Source: Candidatus Heimdallarchaeota archaeon
GTDB lineage: Archaea; Asgardarchaeota; Heimdallarchaeia; Heimdallarchaeales; Heimdallarchaeaceae
Reading direction: 5' to 3'
Assembly: GCA_019894795.1 (NCBI GenBank)
Contig: JAGXNV010000003.1
Location: forward strand, 1-24,000
DNA length: 24,000 bases
Shown: one piece after another, positions 1 to 7,165 of the stretch
How the letters are laid out: each line of letters starts with the position of its first letter
Numbering within the stretch: position 1 is the first letter of the stretch
Position numbers and translations under genes: made by a program
Notes under the pieces: model-generated
The model's input: only the letters and a program-made list of their open reading frames with translations
Told to the model about the DNA's origin: nothing
Database searches by the model: none

Positions 1-1
1 A

Positions 2-394
2 TCTTGGAGTTCTAAAGAGAATACTTTGGAACTTGCATCAAAAGCATTGGAAATTATGAAGGAAAGTGATTCTTCTATTCCAGATGTTTCTAAAAGACTT
101 GAAGAAAGGTTAATAGTTGACCATTCTTATTTCGGAGGGCAATATGGACAATCTACACCCGAAAGCCTAGCAGCAATTGAAATTGCAAAGAACGATGGGC
201 TTAATCTAGAAAATGTATATACCGGTAAAACACTTAGTGGGCTTATAGATTATGTCAGAGAAGGAAAAGTATCTGAAGATGAAATATCCATTTTCTGGAG
301 TTCGAAAAGTTCCGCTGATTTGTCTAAGTATGTAAAACAAACAAATTATCAAGATTTACCTAAAAAATTCCACAAATTTTTTGTTGGAACCTAG
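2..394 (+). CDS. C-terminal fragment of a PLP-dependent D-cysteine desulfhydrase / ACC deaminase family protein (5' end outside window)
   Basis: The frame stays open to the window edge, with no stop upstream of the TTG at 26. ...GGQYGQSTPESLAAIEIAKNDGLNLENVYTGKTLSGLIDYVREGK matches the conserved C-terminal (L)DPVYTGKA..GLID block of the DcyD/ACC-deaminase family. The terminal HTGG-like block is divergent (FWSSKSS). Confidence 0.55.
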   Translation, partial: SWSSKENTLELASKALEIMKESDSSIPDVSKRLEERLIVDHSYFGGQYGQSTPESLAAIEIAKNDGLNLENVYTGKTLSGLIDYVREGKVSEDEISIFWSSKSSADLSKYVKQTNYQDLPKKFHKFFVGT

Positions 395-501
395 ACATTA
401 GCGTTTCTTCTAATAAGGTGGTTCATTCTATCTAATATCCCCCTCTCTAATAAGGGAGACAATACGAGAAGGTATAAAAATAGACGGGCACTATTCCGTG
501 A

Positions 502-2535
502 CTATCTATTAAGTTTTTTTGATCTCCATATAATGAAGGCTACTATCTCTGCTGATTGTTCTATCTGTTGTTCTCTAGAAACAACACCATGTCCAGCTTT
601 TGTAATCGTGCGAAGAAGTACGGGATTACTCTTCTCTATCTGTTGCATTTTGGCTGTCATTTTGAAAGCATGCATGGGATGAACTCGTTTATCGTTGATA
701 TTCGTTGTTAAAAGAATAGAGGGATACTTCCTTTCTTTGCTTACTTTATGATAAGGAGAATACTCGATCAGAAATTTGAATTCTTCCGCTTTCTCTGGAT
801 TTCCATATTCATCAATCCATAGCTGTGCATTGTAGAATTTGTGATATCTCAACATGTCTAGTACAGGTACTTCAACTAAAGCATTACCTATTAATTCGGG
901 CCTTTGAGACAACACCGCTCCTGTAAGAAGACCTCCATTACTTGCTCCTTCAATTGTTAATAGTTTGGGTTGTGTGTATTGTTCCTGAATAAGCCATTCT
1001 GCAGCTGCAATAAAATCATCAAAGACGTTTTGTTTATTTTCTTTCATTCCACCTCGGTGCCATTCTTCACCGAACTCATTACCCCCTCTTATTGACGGAT
1101 GAGCTAGGATAAATCCCTGCTCTAATAGAAAGGCGTTTCGAGAATTATAATAAGGGACATTTGTATAACCAAAACCACCATACGCATATAACAATAACAA
1201 ATTCGTTCCATCACGATTTGTATCTTTTTTCTTTGTAAGAAATATGGGTATTCGTGTTCCATCTTTGGAATCAAACCATTTTAACTCTGTCAAATATTGA
1301 TCTAAATCGAGATCCAGTTCTGGTTGGAAAACGATTTCAGTTTCGAACGTATCAATATTTGCCTTGAAGACAGTATAAGGTTGTAGAAAGGAAGCAAAGT
1401 AAAATTGAAACTCATTAGAGTCCCAGCTACCATCAAAATATGATAAGGATCCTATTGAAGGTAATTCTATTTTCCCTAATTTTACACCTTCCAAATCATA
1501 GACATACAATTGATGATAAGAATCCTCTAAATATCTAATAATAATCTTCTGTCCATAGAAAAGAGGAAAATCTAGAGGGTAATCTTTCTCTGGAATTATG
1601 GTTTCCCAATTCTTAACTTCAGGTTTTCTGAGATCTATCTTAATGATTCTCCCATTAGGAGCTAAGTAATCTGTTTTAGCGAAAAAATAATTTTCAACTA
1701 TATTACCGTTAAATTTTGCGTCGATATTCTCGCAAATGTTTTCTAGAATCTCCAGTTCTGTTCTATATACATATACATCAATCTGTGAGTATCCTTTCTG
1801 TAAGAAAATTATACAATCTTTCTTATCTAAGGTTGATTTGACAAAAGAAAAAACTTGAGGATCTTTGTTTTTGTAAATGAGTTTATCTTCAGTAGTGCTT
1901 GTCCCAAGTTTATGGTAGTAAACATCTCTTTGATTATAAGCCTCAGTTTCAGATACTTCGTTCTTATCAGGATAACGAGTGTAGTAGAAACCTTCCTCAA
2001 GATTCCAAGCGACAGATCCTACCCTTGTATTGGGAATTGGTTCATCAATTAACTTTCCTAAATTAACATCCAATATGTAACTTGTTGCAGTCCATTCATC
2101 TCCTCCAAGAACTTTAATATAAACAACATAATTTCCCGAAAACGAAGGATAATAATCGAAGATGGAGTCTGTATAATCATCACTCCACTCATTTGGATTT
2201 AAGAGAATCATCTCATCATTTGTCTCTAAATTTCTCATAATCACACGAAAAAGCTCTTCTTCCTTACCCTTTTTAATGTAAAAAGCTTTGCTCCCCCTGA
2301 TTATCCAAGGACTTTCAGTTTCAAAATAGATGAAATCTTTCAATCCCTCTTTGTATTTTTCGACTAGTTGCTTTGGTAAGTGATGATTTGTAAACTTATT
2401 CTGAGATTCAATCCAATCTTTCACTCTTTCATTGTCAAGTTCCTCTAACCATCTAAAATTATCTATTACTTCAATTCCATGGATTTTCTCTGAAAATTCC
2501 TCTTCAACAGTCTCAGGATATTCAAAAGATTTCAT
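502..2535 (-). CDS. Prolyl oligopeptidase (prolyl endopeptidase), peptidase family S9A
   Basis: The N-terminus YPETVEEEF..HGIEVIDNFRWLEE...VKDWIESQN is the classic S9A N-terminal signature. A long beta-propeller-sized middle region follows. The C-terminal alpha/beta hydrolase domain has the nucleophile elbow GASNGGLL and a GHG histidine. The ORF-track start at 2556 is a TTG. The ATG at 2535 (MKSFEYPE), preceded by AAGAGGA, is preferred. Confidence 0.9.
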   Translation of the reverse strand: MKSFEYPETVEEEFSEKIHGIEVIDNFRWLEELDNERVKDWIESQNKFTNHHLPKQLVEKYKEGLKDFIYFETESPWIIRGSKAFYIKKGKEEELFRVIMRNLETNDEMILLNPNEWSDDYTDSIFDYYPSFSGNYVVYIKVLGGDEWTATSYILDVNLGKLIDEPIPNTRVGSVAWNLEEGFYYTRYPDKNEVSETEAYNQRDVYYHKLGTSTTEDKLIYKNKDPQVFSFVKSTLDKKDCIIFLQKGYSQIDVYVYRTELEILENICENIDAKFNGNIVENYFFAKTDYLAPNGRIIKIDLRKPEVKNWETIIPEKDYPLDFPLFYGQKIIIRYLEDSYHQLYVYDLEGVKLGKIELPSIGSLSYFDGSWDSNEFQFYFASFLQPYTVFKANIDTFETEIVFQPELDLDLDQYLTELKWFDSKDGTRIPIFLTKKKDTNRDGTNLLLLYAYGGFGYTNVPYYNSRNAFLLEQGFILAHPSIRGGNEFGEEWHRGGMKENKQNVFDDFIAAAEWLIQEQYTQPKLLTIEGASNGGLLTGAVLSQRPELIGNALVEVPVLDMLRYHKFYNAQLWIDEYGNPEKAEEFKFLIEYSPYHKVSKERKYPSILLTTNINDKRVHPMHAFKMTAKMQQIEKSNPVLLRTITKAGHGVVSREQQIEQSAEIVAFIIWRSKKLNR

Positions 2536-2741
2536 AGATCCTCTTGAAAATACCAATTCTTATGCTTTTTCCTTAAAAGTTGTTCACTAACGCTTGAATT
2601 TTAACAAATGAAGTGTCATAATCTCACAAGCCCCTATTGGGTATATTGGTACCAACAATCTACTTATTTCATCTATTATTACCAAAAAGAACATTGTTGA
2701 GTGTTTTTCTAATCTCAAAAAATTTGTAATTAGAAATAAGA

Positions 2742-2850
2742 TGGTGGCCGGACCGTGATTTCCATCAATTCAGAGCGCATCTGAAATTTTTTTGAACACG
2801 GGATCACTGATTCCCAAAACCAGGGCCATACCAAGCTAGACCATCCGGCC
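2742..2850 (-). tRNA. tRNA-Pro (anticodon UGG) with a 32-nt non-canonical intron in the T-loop (position 59/60, about 2759-2790); CCA encoded
   Basis: Hand-folded on the minus strand. Acceptor GGCCGGA/TCCGGCC with discriminator A plus CCA. D-arm GTCT-AGCTTGGTA-TGGC. Anticodon arm CTGGT-TTTGGGA-ATCAG, with anticodon TGG at 2814-2816. The T-stem CCGTG...CACGG is separated by 39 nt instead of 7. Removing 32 nt restores the loop TTCAAAT. The BHB is well formed: 4-bp helix TTCA:TGGA flanked by 3-nt bulges AAA and AAT, plus an internal intron hairpin TTCAGA/TCTGAA. Confidence 0.85.
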
Positions 2851-2944
2851 AAGAATGTCTCTTCAGTATTTTGCCCCCCCTTATGTAATTAAGCTTTTCG
2901 TTCATGTTACAACAACTTCTATAAAACTAGCACGAAAAGCCCAC

Positions 2945-4486
2945 TCAGTCAAACATCGCTCTATTTGCAAGCATTAGCAACATATCATCTAGTAGCCAGT
3001 TATTTACTTGTGACCATAGCTTACTGACTACTAAATCTGCTAATGCTTGATCAATTGAATATGGCTTACTCATAACACTTGGGGGGTAGATAGCTCTATC
3101 TCTATCCAGTGCACCAAAATCATGACTAATTTCATGTTGAACAATATTTTCAGCCCATTCATCTGGCATACTAAAACTGAACCCAAGATAACTCTCTAAT
3201 TCTCTAGATTGAGCAAAATGGTAAGCCATATTGCTATTAAGAAATGCAAAACCATAATGATCACTTGTCTGGTTAGAAAAACAAGAAAGAAAATCGAAAC
3301 CATGATTATTCAAGGACCTTCCGTAGAAAAATTCCCAATCTCCTTCTAACCCCATCTGTTCACCAACAATTTGTTTTGCATAATTATGTACAGCAGGATA
3401 TTCTGTTGTTTCGGGGTGCCAAACCAGCTCCAGGATAGGAATTAGTTTTATTCCTAGATCTTTTTCGAAATAGGTTGAAGCATTTTGAATGTGTGCCATA
3501 GGATTTTTTCTGAAAACTTCATCATCTCTATATTCCCAATTATCATTCAAAGAAACAACAAACACTCTATGTTCATAACTAATCACCGATATACTATCTA
3601 AGTAAACATTGGAATATTCTGTAACTTCTGTAAAAATGATTTGAAGTGTGACATTGGCTATACCTTCAGTATTCTCAAAATAGACAATCTGGTCTGTTGG
3701 CGAGCTTTCAGTTAAGGCCAGACACATTGTCTGTAGGTTATCGTTTATGGTCAAGTTAACCCCTAAAATACCTGGCTTATCTATCAGCATTTCAAAAGAA
3801 ACGAAGTGAGCATTCGTTAAATTCATGTTTTGAGATATTGAAACCCAAGTTGAGTTTGTTGCTGTAATATTATCAACATTGAAAATATGGAATGAAGGTC
3901 CAGTTAATGGTGAAGAAGATTCGATATCAAAAATAAGCTCTGTGTCTAGTTTGTTAATTTCCCATCCAACTGCTTCATCCATAAAGCCTCCATTTACAGC
4001 TTTTTCCTCCTGTTCAGGATTAATTATGCTGAAATCAAAATTTATTTTCCTAAATACAGTAGGTAATTGTTCTCCAAATGAAACATTAGCTGAATAAAGA
4101 TGATAGTCCCCAACATTTAGTGCGTAGAACCCGTCACTTGAATTAAGAAGGGGATACATGAATACCGTTAAGTTATAGCTAGCCTTTCCACTTTTTGTTT
4201 GGTTAATTTCTTGAATAGTTGTAGTGTTGAAATTATAATCTTCAGAAGATATACCAAATTGAATATTTTCTATTAAGACATCTCCTCTCTTACCTATGTA
4301 AACTTCAGCAACTATCTTGACAGAATCTCCCTTTATTGTATTTCCTTCAACAGAAATGATATTCAACTCAAAATCTGTTGTACTATCAAGAACAAGTATA
4401 GTGATGAAAAAACCACCTAACCCTACCACAATTAATGATGCAAGAAAAATAGAAGTAACTAGGGGTTTCTTGAAAGGATTTCTCAT
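2945..4486 (-). CDS. Membrane-anchored, probably extracellular, metzincin-like zinc metalloprotease (hypothetical)
   Basis: N-terminal signal-anchor helix PLVTSIFLASLIVVGLGGFFITILVL. The C-terminal region has HEISHDFGALD (HExxHxxGxxD, Asp at the third ligand position as in snapalysin-type metzincins), followed by a candidate Met-turn PSVMS. I count 12 N-x-S/T sequons. The beta-rich N-terminal domains could not be assigned. Confidence 0.55.
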   Translation of the reverse strand: MRNPFKKPLVTSIFLASLIVVGLGGFFITILVLDSTTDFELNIISVEGNTIKGDSVKIVAEVYIGKRGDVLIENIQFGISSEDYNFNTTTIQEINQTKSGKASYNLTVFMYPLLNSSDGFYALNVGDYHLYSANVSFGEQLPTVFRKINFDFSIINPEQEEKAVNGGFMDEAVGWEINKLDTELIFDIESSSPLTGPSFHIFNVDNITATNSTWVSISQNMNLTNAHFVSFEMLIDKPGILGVNLTINDNLQTMCLALTESSPTDQIVYFENTEGIANVTLQIIFTEVTEYSNVYLDSISVISYEHRVFVVSLNDNWEYRDDEVFRKNPMAHIQNASTYFEKDLGIKLIPILELVWHPETTEYPAVHNYAKQIVGEQMGLEGDWEFFYGRSLNNHGFDFLSCFSNQTSDHYGFAFLNSNMAYHFAQSRELESYLGFSFSMPDEWAENIVQHEISHDFGALDRDRAIYPPSVMSKPYSIDQALADLVVSKLWSQVNNWLLDDMLLMLANRAMFD

Positions 4487-4508
4487 TACCCTAGTACAAC
4501 TTCAGACC

Positions 4509-4520
4509 AATATATATTTT
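4509..4520 (-). promoter_or_regulatory. TATA-like box upstream of the metalloprotease gene
   Basis: The minus strand reads AAAATATATATT, centred about 29 nt upstream of the ATG at 4486. The spacing fits an archaeal promoter with a leaderless or very short-leader transcript. Confidence 0.35.
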
Positions 4521-4540
4521 TGGAATAGTAGAAAAGAAAA

Positions 4541-5272
4541 CTAACTAGCTTCAGTTTTCGACTCGTTTTCTTTTTCAATATCTACTTTTTGACCCATTTT
4601 TCTTTCTGTACCCGTTAGAAGTCGTTTGATGTTTGCTCTGTGCCTCCAATAGATGAAAACCACCATTACTGCACTAACTATCAAAGCCCATAAACTTTGA
4701 TTACCAAAGAAACCATTACCACTACCACCAAAATACCAGTAAAAAGGCATGGAGATCAATGTTACAGTTAAATTCGAGAGAGACATTAGTTTTGTAAATT
4801 TCAAGAGGAAGAACCAGATAAACATGATTACTGCCCAAGCAATAGGGTTAATCCCCAACATTGCTCCTGCTCCTACTGCGGCAGATTTACCTCCTCGGAA
4901 TTTAAGCCAAACAGGAAAACTGTGACCAATTATAGTCATAAAAGCCACTAAAGCTAGAAAGAATCCCTCATCTAAGGTCAATGGGAAACCACTGGTACTA
5001 TCAGTTCCAAAATAACTATAATTACCAAACCAAAGATAAAACCGGGCGCATAAAACAGCTATTGTTCCTTTAAGCATATCTAGAACCAAAGTTGTTAACC
5101 CCGCTTTCTTTCCGAGAGTCCTCAAAACATTAGCAGTCCCCATGTTACCTGAACCGTGTTCTCTGATATCTATACCGTAACGAATCTTTCCGATTAGGTA
5201 CGCAACAGGGATGGATCCACAGAAATAACCAAGTAATATTAATAAAATCTCATAAACTATTTCACAACTCAT
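4541..5272 (-). CDS. plsY: Acyl-phosphate:glycerol-3-phosphate acyltransferase PlsY family (bacterial-type)
   Basis: Near-full-length resemblance to bacterial PlsY. Shared blocks: GSIP..YLIGK, GIDIREHGSGNMGTANVLRTLGKKAGL..LVLDMLKG, GHSFPVWLKFRGGKS and YWRHRANIKRLL. The protein is a multi-pass membrane protein. It has a short acidic C-terminal tail not seen in the Bacillus protein. Confidence 0.85.
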   Translation of the reverse strand: MSCEIVYEILLILLGYFCGSIPVAYLIGKIRYGIDIREHGSGNMGTANVLRTLGKKAGLTTLVLDMLKGTIAVLCARFYLWFGNYSYFGTDSTSGFPLTLDEGFFLALVAFMTIIGHSFPVWLKFRGGKSAAVGAGAMLGINPIAWAVIMFIWFFLLKFTKLMSLSNLTVTLISMPFYWYFGGSGNGFFGNQSLWALIVSAVMVVFIYWRHRANIKRLLTGTERKMGQKVDIEKENESKTEAS

Positions 5273-5383
5273 AAAGTAAAGATTTAGAGACTTTTATTTA
5301 AAATTTATTTGAAAATATGAAAATGAGCTAAAGTAACCACTAAGTTGAAGACAAGAAAAATAAGAAGCAAGTTTAGGAAGAAT

Positions 5384-5617
5384 TTATTTCTCGACACAGA
5401 TCATAGTCATTGTGCTACGTACATTCTCTAATGCTCGGAGATTTTCCGTAACAATTCTCTTTAATTCATCCATGGTATCTGCTTCAATCTTCGCAATTAG
5501 GTCATAGACACCATAGACTACATGGGCTTCACCGACATTGGGAAGAGACATAAGTTGGTCGAGTACGCTTTTTTCTTCTCCTATTTCACTGTTAATCAGG
5601 ATGAAAGCTATTGCCAT
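5384..5617 (-). CDS. Stand-alone Lrp/AsnC-type ligand-binding (RAM) domain protein
   Basis: MAIAFILINSEIGEEKSVLDQLMSLPNVGEAHVVYGVYDLIAKIEADTMDELKRIVTENLRALENVRSTMTMI fits the beta-alpha-beta-beta-alpha-beta AsnC_trans_reg domain pattern. There is no HTH. The ORF-track start at 5638 is a TTG, so the ATG at 5617 is preferred. Confidence 0.7.
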   Translation of the reverse strand: MAIAFILINSEIGEEKSVLDQLMSLPNVGEAHVVYGVYDLIAKIEADTMDELKRIVTENLRALENVRSTMTMICVEK

Positions 5618-5697
5618 TTGGATTGCACCAACAAACAATATGTCAACACGTTTAATAAACTTTTTTCAGACAATAGCGATTTGTGTGCAAATCAGCG

Positions 5698-5707
5698 ATA
5701 TTTTATA
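5698..5707 (+). promoter_or_regulatory. TATA-like box upstream of the esterase gene
   Basis: ATATTTTATA is centred about 29 nt upstream of the ATG at 5732. No Shine-Dalgarno-like sequence lies between them, suggesting a leaderless transcript. Confidence 0.35.
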
Positions 5708-5731
5708 CTTGATTTAGCTAAATAATTATAC

Positions 5732-6508
5732 ATGCCTACAAGAGAATATCCTGAAAAATTAAGGAAACTAGCTCAGCCATATTTTTTTCAGAATCCAGAG
5801 ATAGACGCAGAGAATCTAGTAATTTTGATTCATGGATTTGGGGCATCAGCAACAGAAACGCGTCCATTAGGGGAATTTCTTGTCTCACAAGGATATGATG
5901 TAAAAGGCATTCTTCTGAAAGGTCATGGAACTAAACCCGAGGACATGGATAAAGTCACTTGGGATGAATGGATGAATAACATACAAGAAGCATACAATAA
6001 ATTTAACTCCAAATATACAAATATCTTTATTGGAGGGATTTCAATGGGAGGAGCTTTAGCTTTATACTCAACAACAAAGATGAAGTTCAAAGCGGTGTTT
6101 ACTATAAATGCCTATTATCATTTATCAAAACCACTTTCATTCGTCGCATGGTTCTTCAGCCTTTTTGGAACTCATAGACAAAGAAATGAGGAAAGGGTGA
6201 AATGGTATGTTGAGAATAACCTGTTTTCTTATCCTGAAGATTCTATGACAGCAGCTCGGCAATTGTATAAAATGTTAAGTGAATTACATAAAGAAGTAAA
6301 AAACATCGTCATCCCTGTCTTAATTATACAATCTAAGGAAGATAAAACCTCAAAACCAGAAGGTGCAGATGAGTTGTATTTAGATTTAGAAACTGAAAAG
6401 GAGTTAGTGCTGCTGCAAAAGGGTGATCATATCCTTACTGTAGATCCTAATAGACAAGAAGCATTTGATAGAATTCTTTTATTTCTTGAAAAAGTGAAAA
6501 AATCATGA
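5732..6508 (+). CDS. Carboxylesterase / alpha-beta hydrolase (Est30/YvaK-like)
   Basis: Oxyanion-region motif HGFGAS, nucleophile elbow GISMGG, C-terminal SKEDK and GDHIL blocks. Length and colinearity match Geobacillus-type carboxylesterases. Confidence 0.8.
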   Translation: MPTREYPEKLRKLAQPYFFQNPEIDAENLVILIHGFGASATETRPLGEFLVSQGYDVKGILLKGHGTKPEDMDKVTWDEWMNNIQEAYNKFNSKYTNIFIGGISMGGALALYSTTKMKFKAVFTINAYYHLSKPLSFVAWFFSLFGTHRQRNEERVKWYVENNLFSYPEDSMTAARQLYKMLSELHKEVKNIVIPVLIIQSKEDKTSKPEGADELYLDLETEKELVLLQKGDHILTVDPNRQEAFDRILLFLEKVKKS

Positions 6509-6600
6509 GAAAATATTGATAGACATGGTACTAGAATACAAAAGGTCAATAACGAAAGATATTAAAAAGATGAGAAAGAAAAGCGAATAGCGCAAGCTAA

Positions 6601-6709
6601 GCCTCGATGGTGTAGTTCGGCCAATCATTGCGGACTTTCACATGTGAAAGTCCGCGTGACAAAGCAGGGAAATCCGCAGACCCGGGTTCAAATCCCGGTC
6701 GAGGCACCA
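6601..6709 (+). tRNA. tRNA-Glu (anticodon UUC) with a 31-nt intron at the canonical 37/38 position (about 6641-6671); CCA encoded
   Basis: Acceptor GCCTCGA/TCGAGGC, discriminator A, CCA. D-arm GTGTAGTTCGGCCAATCAT is typical of archaeal tRNA-Glu. Anticodon stem GCGGA (6630-6634) pairs with TCCGC (6673-6677). The loop is CTTTCA+A with anticodon TTC at 6637-6639. The variable loop is 4 nt. T-arm CCGGG-TTCAAAT-CCCGG. Confidence 0.85.
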
Positions 6710-6711
6710 AC

Positions 6712-6717
6712 TTTTTT
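6712..6717 (+). terminator. Oligo-T tract after tRNA-Glu
   Basis: A TTTTTT run lies 3 nt after the encoded CCA. Archaeal RNA polymerase terminates at oligo-T tracts. Confidence 0.4.
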
Positions 6718-6900
6718 CAAACAAAATTAAGAAAGTAAGATTACTAATTACAGAAATAGGAAAGGTACTATATATTAAAGCAGGATTCAAAGAAAGTGAT
6801 TCTGAAATGGTCTTAAATCTTGAAGAATGAATGTAATCACAAAGATAAATTTAAAAAATCCAACCAACTGAAACTGTTGACCACAATGTTTTTCCAAATC

Positions 6901-7001
6901 GCGGGGATTGCCGAGTGGTCAAAGGCGCTGGACTTAGGACTGATATAGTAAGAAATCCAGTCTTTAGTAGTTCGGGAGTTCGAATCTCCCTCCCCGCACC
7001 A
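6901..7001 (+). tRNA. tRNA-Leu (anticodon UAG), class II, with a 16-nt canonical intron (6939-6954); CCA encoded
   Basis: Acceptor GCGGGGA/TCCCCGC, A73, CCA. The 3-bp D-stem GCC/GGC is typical of class II tRNAs. The anticodon arm reads CTGGA-CTTA-GGA-CT-GATAT-AG-TAAG-AAA-TCCAG, a textbook BHB with central helix CTTA:TAAG and bulges GGA and AAA. Anticodon TAG is at 6935-6937. There is a long variable arm. T-arm GGGAG-TTCGAAT-CTCCC. Confidence 0.9.
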
Positions 7002-7165
7002 AATTATAAACATTTTCGGAATACAATTAAATTTGAAAAAATTCAATTTCTTCACTTTCAATATTGCCCCTCTTTTTTCTTAAATAGCTTGAAAAGAATA
7101 GTAATATGGTCATAATGTTGTCATGCACACTATTACAGGATAACTCTCTGGATTTAGGGGTCGTT

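Noticed and set aside
394-501. A stem-loop terminator around CCCCCTCTCTAATAAGGGAGA.
   Set aside because: On checking, CCCTCT and GGGAGA are not complementary (AGAGGG would be needed), so no hairpin forms.
4541-5272. plsY as evidence that the contig is bacterial or contaminated.
   Set aside because: The same contiguous sequence carries three BHB-intron tRNAs, archaeal DTD2 and archaeal-style TATA promoters. A chimeric assembly cannot be excluded from sequence alone, but no compositional break is visible around the gene.
5522-5725. ORF 5522-5725 (+).
   Set aside because: It is antisense to the well-supported Lrp/AsnC RAM-domain gene, its composition is odd, and it overlaps the predicted promoter of the esterase gene.
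6797-6840. GTGATT...AATCAC inverted repeat with an internal CTGA, considered as a C/D-box sRNA between the two tRNAs.
   Set aside because: Neither strand has a C box (RUGAUGA). The box order is wrong and the element is too short (~44 nt).
6837-7115. ORFs 6837-7061 (-) and 6915-7115 (+).
   Set aside because: Both run straight across the tRNA-Leu gene (6901-7001) and have no start context, so they are spurious.
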